Of a stretch of 64,000 nucleotides of DNA, positions 38,155 to 46,356 are shown piece by piece. The stretch comes from an uncultured Desulfobacter sp. (GTDB lineage: Bacteria > Desulfobacterota > Desulfobacteria > Desulfobacterales > Desulfobacteraceae). How positions within the stretch are numbered: the first letter of the stretch is position 1; the number at the start of each line of letters is the position of its first letter. The notes under the pieces were generated by a model. That model had not been told where the DNA came from and made no database searches. It saw only the letters and a program-made list of their open reading frames with translations. The stretch is taken from assembly GCF_963664415.2 (NCBI RefSeq), contig NZ_CAXXPY010000004.1, forward strand, positions 415,742 through 479,741. Direction: 5' to 3'. A program made the position numbers and the translations under genes.

Positions 38155-40239
38155 TTAGATGGGTAGAAAAATTCTGAAACAGGTTCCTTCGCCAGGGGTA
38201 GATTCTACTTCAATTGTGCCCTTGTGATTCTCCGTTACTATAAAATAGGCAACTGACAGTCCGAGTCCACCCCCCTCATTGTCAGGGTTAGTGGAAAAAA
38301 ACGGTTTAAATATACGCTTGCGGATATTTTTGGGTATCCCTGGGCCATTATCTCTTATCTCAACACAGACCTGATCTTCTCTGGCATAGGTTCGGATAAA
38401 AAAAGTCGGACACGGATTATCTATATGACCAGCCATGGCATATACCCCGTTTGACAGGATATTGAGAAACACTAGTTTTAATTCACCACCCCGACATCTA
38501 ATTTTTGGCAAATCAGGAGCGTAATCCGTCATGATCTGGATAGAGTCGAAATGAAAATCCTGTTTTAGGCTATACTTTTTTGATGCCAGTACAAGGGCTT
38601 CGTCCAAAAGGAGGCTGAGAGCTTCGTCAGCAAGCCCCATGTTGGTATTTCCTGAATAAAAGCGCATGGTTGAAGCAATCATAGAGGCCTTTTTACCGGC
38701 TTCATCGATCAGGTTCAAATTGCTGATAACATCCTGATCTTTCATATACCGACTCAACCGATCAAAACTCAACCCGTTTTTATCAGCGACGGCCAAGGTT
38801 TCAGGGCTCGGTTTCTCAACACGGTTACGAATCATTTGAACCGCTTTACATATTCCAACCAGGGGTTCACTAATTTCATCGGCCATGCTTGCAGCAAGCA
38901 TTCCCATTGCCCCCTTTTTTTCAGACCGAATCATCATTTTTTCGAGTCGGTCTGTTTCATCTTGCCTTCGTCTAAGGCGTAACGCTTGAACCAAAACCAT
39001 AACCATCATCGTGGCAATCTCCTGGTCTTGAGCCGTGTATCCGCCTTCCTTGCCCGCAACAATAGCCAACCCAAACACATCTTTGCCCTGAAGCAAAGGC
39101 AGGGCCATAATGGTGGCCATGGGCAAATGTTCCTTAGACCAAAAAGAAATCTCAGAATTTAAATCTGCGCTATTGAATATCACAGGCGCTTTATTTGTAA
39201 TTGCTTGAAGCAGTCTGCCGGAGATATGCAGCTTCAATCCAGGATTTATTTCCACGCTGTCAAACCCGGGACACAGCTTTTTCATTTCATCGGAAAGCGC
39301 CATAATTTTTAAATTATCTTCTGTGTCACAAATCTGGCCCACAAAACAATGTGGACTTGACAATACACCCTGGGCAATAGAAATAAAAATTTTGGCTATT
39401 TCATGTATGGACTGTGCAGCCATGGTTTGTTGAAAAAATGTCTTCACTGCACAAATCAGTTTATCCTGGTGTTTAATTTTTTTTTGCTGGATATCTTTTT
39501 GCTGTATTTCACTTTCTAATAGTTTGTTAGTATGCGCCAACACCTCTTTTTTTTCTTTAATGAGATCATGCATACGTACAAAACTGCGAGAGAGAATTCC
39601 AACCTCTCCGACACCCCCCGTTTTTTCTATTTCATTGTCAAAATTTTCTATGGTAGATTCAGATATGATACGGGCAAGCCCTACAACCGGTTTGATGATA
39701 GTATTAATCAAAAAAGCAAACAACAAAGCGATGCCCAGGGTCACGACAACAGTGACGCCTAACATCCTTATCTGAAATTCGGCTATTTTCTTTTCAATTA
39801 GGCCGGTAGAATACACAACTGTCAGCCTGCCGAGCTTCAATCCTTTATATTCTAAGACAAAACTTTTCTTAATATCTGTTCCACCGGAAAAAAGCTGTCT
39901 TTCAAGATTAATATTAATATTTACTTCTGAATCATGGATATTAAGACTTTTTATATTTTCGTCATCAAAAAAGGTCTCCATGTTCTTAGTTAAGCTTTCC
40001 ATATCCACATTATACAGGGGAAGGGTATTTATAATTCGCATAAGATAGGCAGATTTATCAATTTGTGCCTGAAATTTTTCTATCTCATGGACTTTCACCT
40101 GATGGGTGAAGAAAAGACACAAAAACAGGTTAACAGCACTGAAAGCCAGAACAGCAACGACAATAATGTGGGTCCTTAAGCCCATATGATTTTCCTGGTA
40201 ATCACTAAGAAATATTGCAACGAAAACCGGCTCAGTCAA
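38155..40239 (-). CDS. membrane sensor kinase-like protein (HAMP, GAF, DHp, HATPase_c) whose H-box His is replaced by Asp
   Basis: The N, G1, F and G2 boxes are intact (NILSNGVYAM, RDNGPGIP, FKPFFST, GGGLGLSVAY). The H-box reads LAASMADEISEPL where AHEI.NPL is expected (Asp codon at 38878-38880). An alternative start is at 40185. Confidence 0.8.
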   Translation of the reverse strand: MTEPVFVAIFLSDYQENHMGLRTHIIVVAVLAFSAVNLFLCLFFTHQVKVHEIEKFQAQIDKSAYLMRIINTLPLYNVDMESLTKNMETFFDDENIKSLNIHDSEVNININLERQLFSGGTDIKKSFVLEYKGLKLGRLTVVYSTGLIEKKIAEFQIRMLGVTVVVTLGIALLFAFLINTIIKPVVGLARIISESTIENFDNEIEKTGGVGEVGILSRSFVRMHDLIKEKKEVLAHTNKLLESEIQQKDIQQKKIKHQDKLICAVKTFFQQTMAAQSIHEIAKIFISIAQGVLSSPHCFVGQICDTEDNLKIMALSDEMKKLCPGFDSVEINPGLKLHISGRLLQAITNKAPVIFNSADLNSEISFWSKEHLPMATIMALPLLQGKDVFGLAIVAGKEGGYTAQDQEIATMMVMVLVQALRLRRRQDETDRLEKMMIRSEKKGAMGMLAASMADEISEPLVGICKAVQMIRNRVEKPSPETLAVADKNGLSFDRLSRYMKDQDVISNLNLIDEAGKKASMIASTMRFYSGNTNMGLADEALSLLLDEALVLASKKYSLKQDFHFDSIQIMTDYAPDLPKIRCRGGELKLVFLNILSNGVYAMAGHIDNPCPTFFIRTYAREDQVCVEIRDNGPGIPKNIRKRIFKPFFSTNPDNEGGGLGLSVAYFIVTENHKGTIEVESTPGEGTCFRIFLPI

Positions 40240-40281
40240 AACAGATGAGGCTAAACCTGATTGATGAATGCTGTACAGGCT

Positions 40282-41235
40282 CTATTTGAGAAGAGCAAAT
40301 TCGTTCCCGGACACCCTTCGAACCAGATTCCGATAGTCTTCCGAGGCGGTTGAGCCGGGTGCAAACTCAAAAATAGTTTTCCCAAAGGAAGGCGCTTCGG
40401 CCAAATTTTCATTATAGCGAATAGGCTTACATAATTGCTGGGGATACAATTTTTTTAGTTGATCATACAGTTCTTTAGGGCCCTTGATCCGCAAATCAAG
40501 GAATGTGGGCACAATGTATTTTAATTGAATTTCACTTTTGTACTTTTGTATGGCGCCCAGACTTTTAATGAACTCGGCCATCCCATGTAACGGCATGGCT
40601 TCTAAAGCAACAGGCACCAGTACCTCAGTTGAATAAAAAAGCACATTGACAATTAACTGATCCCATCCTGGGGATGTATCAATTAAAATAAAATCAAACT
40701 GATCATCCAGAGGATTCAAGGCTTCGGACAAAGTAAACTCTGCACCAAAGCTTTTTTTGTCAATAATTCGCTTAACACCTGCCAGAGATTTTCCACCCGA
40801 TAGCAGCCACAAATTCCTCCGCGCTTCGATCAGGCAGTCTGAAATCGTCAATTCCTGGGTTAAAAGTTCAGTTAACCCAGCGCCCGGCCTTTTGCCAAGA
40901 ATATAGGAGGACTGTCCCTGGGTATCGGTGTCGACTAAAAGGACCTTATATCCGGCAAGCGCAAGACCGGCACCAAGATTCACGCTGGTAGTAGTCTTGC
41001 CTACGCCACCCTTGCTTAAGGTAATACAAATTTTCCGGGCAACAGATCCCAGTGTCCGTTTCAGTTCGATCGGTTTTTCGTCAGAGGTCAAAAGGGAGGG
41101 AAGGGATACGGGAAATTTAAATTTGCATGATTTGCAACTGGCCATGATATTTTTCTTGCCAGCATCTGCAAAAGGCTTCAAAGAGTCAGGATTTACTTTA
41201 TGTTTTCTGGCACATTTGGGGCAGGTTATAATCAC
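40282..41235 (-). CDS. ParA/MinD-family ATPase with N-terminal MJ0042-type zinc ribbon
   Basis: CPKC...CKSC lies at the N-terminus. The deviant Walker A is LSKGGVGKTTTSVNLG, with DTDTQGQ also present. Confidence 0.8.
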   Translation of the reverse strand: MIITCPKCARKHKVNPDSLKPFADAGKKNIMASCKSCKFKFPVSLPSLLTSDEKPIELKRTLGSVARKICITLSKGGVGKTTTSVNLGAGLALAGYKVLLVDTDTQGQSSYILGKRPGAGLTELLTQELTISDCLIEARRNLWLLSGGKSLAGVKRIIDKKSFGAEFTLSEALNPLDDQFDFILIDTSPGWDQLIVNVLFYSTEVLVPVALEAMPLHGMAEFIKSLGAIQKYKSEIQLKYIVPTFLDLRIKGPKELYDQLKKLYPQQLCKPIRYNENLAEAPSFGKTIFEFAPGSTASEDYRNLVRRVSGNEFALLK

Positions 41236-41564
41236 AGGTCCTTCTCCTTTTCTAACTCTGCTATAATGGCGTCAACAGCAATACTTGCCAGCTTACGCAT
41301 GGAGACATGGGCTGTGTTGTCATCACCGCCGACCTTTATTCTAATTTTGGCCTTTCCTTCCCATATTTCCACTGAAACATTTCCCCTGGTCGATTTCCAA
41401 GAGGGAGTTGAAGTCATTTCCGGCAAATCAGGTTTAGCTTCATTTGGTCCGCCTCTATATATCAGGCAGTCCAGTTCCTTAGCTGAACCGTCAGACGTTT
41501 CGTCATCCGTGCCTAAAAGGCTGTCCATGACATTTTTTTTTTTTACCATATCTAATGTCACCAT
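41232..41564 (-). CDS. hypothetical 110-aa protein carrying an A12 tract in codons 7-11
   Basis: The ORF abuts the pilZ stop and overlaps the parA-like start by 4 nt (ATGA). No motif recognised. Confidence 0.5.
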   Translation of the reverse strand: MVTLDMVKKKNVMDSLLGTDDETSDGSAKELDCLIYRGGPNEAKPDLPEMTSTPSWKSTRGNVSVEIWEGKAKIRIKVGGDDNTAHVSMRKLASIAVDAIIAELEKEKDL

Positions 41565-41990
41565 TTAACTTTCTGGGTGTTCTTCAAACAGGTCTTTAAC
41601 TTTCAAGGCTTTTACTTTCAGCTGCCCAAGGGCTTCCCCCAATGCTTTTTTATTTTCAGCATTCATATTCACCCATTGAAATCCAATCTGAAAACTACCT
41701 GAATCATGCACGGAGCAGTGGATTACCTTGGCGCATAGACCTGTAATGTTAATATCCCCAATTTTTAACTGAACTTCATTAAGAATCTGACCGGAATCAA
41801 ACTCAAGGCAGGAACTGACATTAACAGCAATACCGGTTTCGGACAAATTGGTTACTAAGTATTCGTTTCCGCCAATTTTTGCCCGTATATCATCTGTTAG
41901 GGAGACCGGAGTCCGGAACAAATGGCGAATTTGTTCGTCCTCGGTATTTTCTCCGGGAATCGGCTGGAAATCTATGGTATCCTCACTCAT
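41565..41990 (-). CDS. PilZ-domain protein
   Basis: RHLFR (RxxxR) is followed by NLSETG ((D/N)xSxxG). The ATG at 41990 has gggagtgg upstream. Confidence 0.7.
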   Translation of the reverse strand: MSEDTIDFQPIPGENTEDEQIRHLFRTPVSLTDDIRAKIGGNEYLVTNLSETGIAVNVSSCLEFDSGQILNEVQLKIGDINITGLCAKVIHCSVHDSGSFQIGFQWVNMNAENKKALGEALGQLKVKALKVKDLFEEHPES

Positions 41991-42023
41991 TAGGACCACT
42001 CCCACGAATGGGTATCGTTAAAT

Positions 42024-42115
42024 AGCCATGGCTGACCTGATTTTATCAACACCCAAACTCAAATTATAACATGATAAGAAAATAATTTAACAACGTGTCG
42101 AGACTTTCATATAAA
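42024..42115 (+). repeat. copy E (degenerate core) of the intergenic repeat family
   Basis: It keeps the 5' box AGCCATGGCTGACCTGA..TATCA and the 3' end GACTTTCATATAAA, but lacks the CCCACAACAAA core. Confidence 0.5.
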
Positions 42116-42175
42116 TTGTTATTGAAGAAATTAAATGCTTTGAAATAAATAATATCAGGTCCGAAGTATCCATGC

Positions 42176-42222
42176 AAGAAAAAACAAAAGGGGTGTCTTC
42201 ATTAAGAAGACACCCCTTTTTT
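42176..42222. terminator. rho-independent terminator after atpE (bidirectional architecture)
   Basis: The stem ggggtgtcttc / gaagacacccc has a 5-nt loop and is flanked by an A-rich tract upstream and T7 downstream. Confidence 0.8.
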
Positions 42223-42252
42223 TAAACGAATATATCGTTAAACAGCTGCGTA

Positions 42253-42522
42253 TTAATGTCCGCCAAGTGCAGCAACAGCAGGACCGATTGCAGGATGAAC
42301 GAACAGCAGGATCATCGCAACAACCAGAGCGTAGATACACAGAGATTCGATCAGAGCAAGACCGATCAGCATGTTAACCTGAATTTTACCAGCTGCTTCA
42401 GGGTTTCTAGAAATACCGGACATGGCACCATTCAAACCAAGACCCTGACCAATGCCGCAACCAAATGCAGCGATACCGATGGCAAAACCTGCTGCCCAGA
42501 CACTACCTACGAGAAATTCCAT
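42253..42522 (-). CDS. atpE: F0F1 ATP synthase subunit c
   Basis: Helical hairpin GIGQGLG...RNPEAAG...[18 protein letters not shown]. 89 aa. Confidence 0.9.
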   Translation of the reverse strand: MEFLVGSVWAAGFAIGIAAFGCGIGQGLGLNGAMSGISRNPEAAGKIQVNMLIGLALIESLCIYALVVAMILLFVHPAIGPAVAALGGH

Positions 42523-42608
42523 GAGATTTACTCCTTTAATAAAGTATTATAAACAAACGGGCTTCTTCCAAAATCCCGTAAAAAAGCTTAATTCTTGTTT
42601 CATCAAAT

Positions 42609-43298
42609 TTAATGTGCTTCTTCGATTGCGCCTGCAATGTACATGGTAGGCAACAAGAAAAACACGATGGCCTGAATCAAAGAGACAAGGATACCCATTG
42701 CCATGATGGGAAGGGGTACCAGGAGAGGACCAGCCAGCATCAGCAGGATACCCACAACCAGTTCATGACCCATCATATTGCCGAAGAGACGCAAAGTCAG
42801 GGAAAGTACACGTGCCAGATGCCCGATGACCTCAATGATAAAGAAAAGAGGCATAAGTGCCGGTACGGGTCCCAAAAAATGCTTAATATATTTTGCACCG
42901 TGTTTTTTGATGCCAATCACATGGCTCCATGCCACAACAATGATGGCCAGTGCAACAGTGGTGTTGATAGATGCTGTGGGCGGATAGAAACCGGGAACCA
43001 GGCCGAACAGGTTGCCCAAAAGAACAAACAGAAAAACAGTCAATAATAATGGATAGGAATCTCTTCCTTCTTCACCGGTAATACCAACCATAAACTCTTC
43101 AAGCCCGGAAATGATCACCTCAAAAACATTTTGAACGGTCTTGGGTACAAGGGCGACGCTTTTGCCGCCGATCCAGCCTAAAATAACGAGAATAATCATT
43201 GCAAACCACATGTAAGTTACATGAGGATGGGCCCCAGCCCAATCTTCCAGACCAAACAAACTAAATAACGAAGTGAGAAATAGATATGGGTGTTCCAC
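42609..43298 (-). CDS. atpB: F0F1 ATP synthase subunit a
   Basis: 229 aa, multi-pass. LSLTLRLFGNMMGHE contains the conserved stator Arg. Confidence 0.9.
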   Translation of the reverse strand: MEHPYLFLTSLFSLFGLEDWAGAHPHVTYMWFAMIILVILGWIGGKSVALVPKTVQNVFEVIISGLEEFMVGITGEEGRDSYPLLLTVFLFVLLGNLFGLVPGFYPPTASINTTVALAIIVVAWSHVIGIKKHGAKYIKHFLGPVPALMPLFFIIEVIGHLARVLSLTLRLFGNMMGHELVVGILLMLAGPLLVPLPIMAMGILVSLIQAIVFFLLPTMYIAGAIEEAH

Positions 43299-43299
43299 C

Positions 43300-43701
43300 T
43301 TAAACCGCCTCCCTGAATATAATCTTGGTTAATTCAATTGCCGCTGCTATAAACGTGCTTACTACTACTACGGAAAGGCCCACCAAAAGCCCTGCCGGAT
43401 GTACGCTGCGGTTTGCGATCAACAGGAAAATAATCACTGCCGTCAATGCAAAACGCAGATAATATTTTACCAGAAGCGCACCGATCAGGGATTTCCCCTT
43501 TTCCAGCACCCGCCGCTGGTTGATATTCTTAGTTACTGTATTTTTAAGAACATGAAAGTTGATTGTCACAATCAAACCGCCTAAAAACACCCCAAGATAC
43601 ACTTTCTGCGGAGTCAGGATCAGCGCCAAAACACTTGATCCAAAAAACAGGAACCAGTTGGTTCGTGTGATAAAGTCTACTATTTTCTCAAGTTCTTCCA
43701 T
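43300..43701 (-). CDS. atpI: ATP synthase protein I-like membrane protein
   Basis: 133 aa with four hydrophobic segments, positioned immediately upstream of atpB. Confidence 0.55.
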   Translation of the reverse strand: MEELEKIVDFITRTNWFLFFGSSVLALILTPQKVYLGVFLGGLIVTINFHVLKNTVTKNINQRRVLEKGKSLIGALLVKYYLRFALTAVIIFLLIANRSVHPAGLLVGLSVVVVSTFIAAAIELTKIIFREAV

Positions 43702-43931
43702 TAATATTTTTCCGCCTTTTTGCCGGCTCTGATAATGTTGGTAAATCCGGCGGCTATGCCGAACCCTAGCCCCACCAATAATAGGATGGGTTTTGTACCA
43801 AAAACACTATCCAGCCAGTATCCCAGTGCCAGTCCGATGACGATGGCCAGAGCCACGGATATGCCAAGACTTGCAAAATACCCCAGCTCACGAAAGGTGC
43901 TATTTTTATCTTTCTCTGCCATTTTTATCAA
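43701..43931 (-). CDS. AtpZ/AtpI-family small membrane protein
   Basis: 76 aa with two TM segments, LGISVALAIVIGLALGYWLD. It is the first gene of the atp F0 array. Confidence 0.6.
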   Translation of the reverse strand: MIKMAEKDKNSTFRELGYFASLGISVALAIVIGLALGYWLDSVFGTKPILLLVGLGFGIAAGFTNIIRAGKKAEKY

Positions 43932-44035
43932 CCTTTCACCGCCAGCTTGTTTGCCGGTTATCCGGCACCCTGATATTTAATTATCTTGAGAGCAAATATC
44001 ATATGATCCGGATGAAGTCAATGTGAAAAAATGTT

Positions 44036-45085
44036 TTACATAATATCAAGGAATCCGTTGGTATACGGCCCTTTAACACGCCCGATCAACCTTGCCGGGA
44101 TGCCGTTTTTCTCCATAATATCTGCACATTGCACAGCTTGTTCCTGGGCCATAAAAAGCAAAAGCCCGCCGGATGTCTGGGGATCGAACATTAAATCACT
44201 TTTCACCGGGTCTATTCCTTTGGCCACACAAGTCTGTGGTGCAAAAAAACTTTTATTTTTATGGGCACCACCCGGGAACAGCCCCATGGAGGCAAACGCC
44301 ATTACGCCGTCCAGCACCTCGACCTTTTCCGTATAAATTTCAATACGCAGCCCTGCACCTTTGGCCGCTTCAATCAGATGTCCGCCAAGCCCAAAGCCTG
44401 TAACATCTGTACAGGCATGCACCTCGAAATTTTTAGCAATCAAGGCAGCCTCTTTGTTCAGGGTGGACATGATTTTTACAGCCTGCTGAACCTGGTCCCC
44501 GGATGCAAGTCCACCTTTGACCGCCGTGGAGATAATACCGGTGCCGATGGGTTTGGTCAAAATGACGGCATCCCCTACCTGTGCCCGACTGTTGGCCCAG
44601 ACCCGGTCCGGATGAACGATACCGGTGACAGACAGCCCGTACTTGATTTCGGGATCATCCACGGAATGCCCACCCACAAGGGCTGCGCCAGACTCTTTGA
44701 TTTTATCGAGCCCGCCTTCAAGAATCCGGGGAAGAATACCTGCGGCAAGATCGCATGACGGAAAACAGACGATATTCATCACTGTAATAGGCGTGCCCCC
44801 CATGGCATAGACATCGGACAATGAATTGGCCGCAGCAATCTGGCCGAACTCATACGGATCGTCCGCTACAGGCGTCAAAAAATCAAGGGTCTGAACAATG
44901 GCCGTCTCGTCAGAAAGGCGAAATACACCGGCATCATCCGGGTGTTCAAGCCCGATGACTAAATCCGGATGGGACGGCAATTCTAGTTTTGACACAATTT
45001 TATCCAGGGCCCCTGGATCTAGTTTAGCCGCTCAACCAGCTGCTTTTACCGTGCGGGTTAAAAAAACCTGTTCCAGTTTATCCAT
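44036..45085 (-). CDS. selD: selenide, water dikinase SelD, selenocysteine-containing (UGA at codon 18)
   Basis: The ORF track starts at 44995. Extending upstream gives MDKLEQVFLTRTVKAAG-U-AAKLDPGALDKIVSKLELP..., where TGA (45032-45034) aligns with the Cys/Sec of the GxG(C/U)xxK motif. A hairpin follows. Confidence 0.85.
45002..45018 (-). promoter_or_regulatory. candidate bacterial SECIS hairpin
   Basis: AUCCAGGGGCCCUGGAU (stem AUCCAG/CUGGAU, G-rich loop) begins 13 nt 3' of the in-frame UGA. Confidence 0.55.
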
Positions 45086-45097
45086 TATTTAGGATCC

Positions 45098-45880
45098 TTA
45101 ACTTTTAAGAGAAATCACTGCGGCAAAGCGCCCGGTGGCCTTATTTTTCCTGTAAGAATAAAACAGATCCGTGCGGCACCGTGTACAAAGCCCCATGGTT
45201 TCAATATGTTCATCCAAAACACCATGATCCCTAAGCTGACCTCGGGATATCTGCCAGAAATCAAAATAGGGACGATCTTTCTCTTTATAATGCCATAATT
45301 TTTTAGGAATTTCTTGCTTATAATTAACAAACTGTGCGCAACAAGGTCCAAGGGAAGGAGATATACCTGCCCGGATAGTTGCAGGGGCACAGCCAAACTC
45401 AGAGACCATGGTTTTGATGCAATGCCCTAAAATATCGCCTACACTACCCCGCCACCCGGAATGGATATTGGCAATCACTTCTTTTTGCGGGTCATATAAA
45501 ATGACGGCCTGGCAGTCTGCCACCTGGATAACAAGCCCTAAACCTTTAAGGTTTGTAACAGCGGCATCGGCTTCAAATATTTTCAAAGGTGCCTGGTGCT
45601 GCCCTGTCCATACTGCGCCGGCCGCATCCTTTTCTGACTTGATTACAGCAATGTCAGTACCATGGACCTGATTTAAAAACAAAATCCGGGGCAAGCCCAG
45701 AGAGGACAGTATCAACGACCTGTTCCGGTTGACAATACCAGGATCGTCGCCGGTGCTTAATCCGACATTCAATCCTGAAAAGGCGCCCTTGCTGTATCCG
45801 CCGGCCCTGGGAAAAACGCCGTGAGCCACCCCTGGAAATGCGTTCAGATGATCGAATGTTAACGGGTCAGGTACCGCCAT
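45098..45880 (-). CDS. pgeF: peptidoglycan editing factor PgeF (YfiH/DUF152 laccase-domain family)
   Basis: NQVHGTDIAVI, VIQVADCQAVILYD and HSGWRGSVGDI are family signatures. The start is at the internal ATG at 45880. Confidence 0.8.
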   Translation of the reverse strand: MAVPDPLTFDHLNAFPGVAHGVFPRAGGYSKGAFSGLNVGLSTGDDPGIVNRNRSLILSSLGLPRILFLNQVHGTDIAVIKSEKDAAGAVWTGQHQAPLKIFEADAAVTNLKGLGLVIQVADCQAVILYDPQKEVIANIHSGWRGSVGDILGHCIKTMVSEFGCAPATIRAGISPSLGPCCAQFVNYKQEIPKKLWHYKEKDRPYFDFWQISRGQLRDHGVLDEHIETMGLCTRCRTDLFYSYRKNKATGRFAAVISLKS

Positions 45881-46355
45881 AAAATCTTTGCCCAATGCGT
45901 TCAATGATTTTTGATGTGGAGATATCCTCCTCAAACGCCACACGCGCCACACGCCCGCCGCAGTCTTTTACAAACTTCGCCCCGATAATTTTATCCTCGG
46001 GCCAGTCCGCCCCCTTAACTAGAATCTGGGGAACAATACCCCGGATCAAATCCTCCGGATCAGGGGCATCGAACAACACCACATGATCGACACAGCTTAA
46101 GGCGGCCACAACGCGAGCCCGCTGCGCCTGGCAGATCACCGGCCGCAGATCGCCTTTGATTCGCTGGACAGACAGATCGGAGTTCAGCCCCAGCACAAGC
46201 ACATCCCCAAATGATTTTGCTTTTTGAAGGTAGGCCACATGGCCTGCATGAAGAATGTCAAAACAGCCGTTTGTAAATACGACCGTCCGGCCAAGGCTTT
46301 TGTATTCACGGGCCAGACGGCACATCTCATCCCGCTCGACAATTTTATTAACCAT
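45867..46355 (-). CDS. D-glycero-beta-D-manno-heptose 1-phosphate adenylyltransferase-like cytidylyltransferase (RfaE domain II type)
   Basis: VVFTNGCFDILHAGHVAYL...GLNSDLSV. The ATG at 46355 lies directly after the upstream stop. Confidence 0.8.
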   Translation of the reverse strand: MVNKIVERDEMCRLAREYKSLGRTVVFTNGCFDILHAGHVAYLQKAKSFGDVLVLGLNSDLSVQRIKGDLRPVICQAQRARVVAALSCVDHVVLFDAPDPEDLIRGIVPQILVKGADWPEDKIIGAKFVKDCGGRVARVAFEEDISTSKIIERIGQRFYGGT

Positions 46356-46356
46356 A

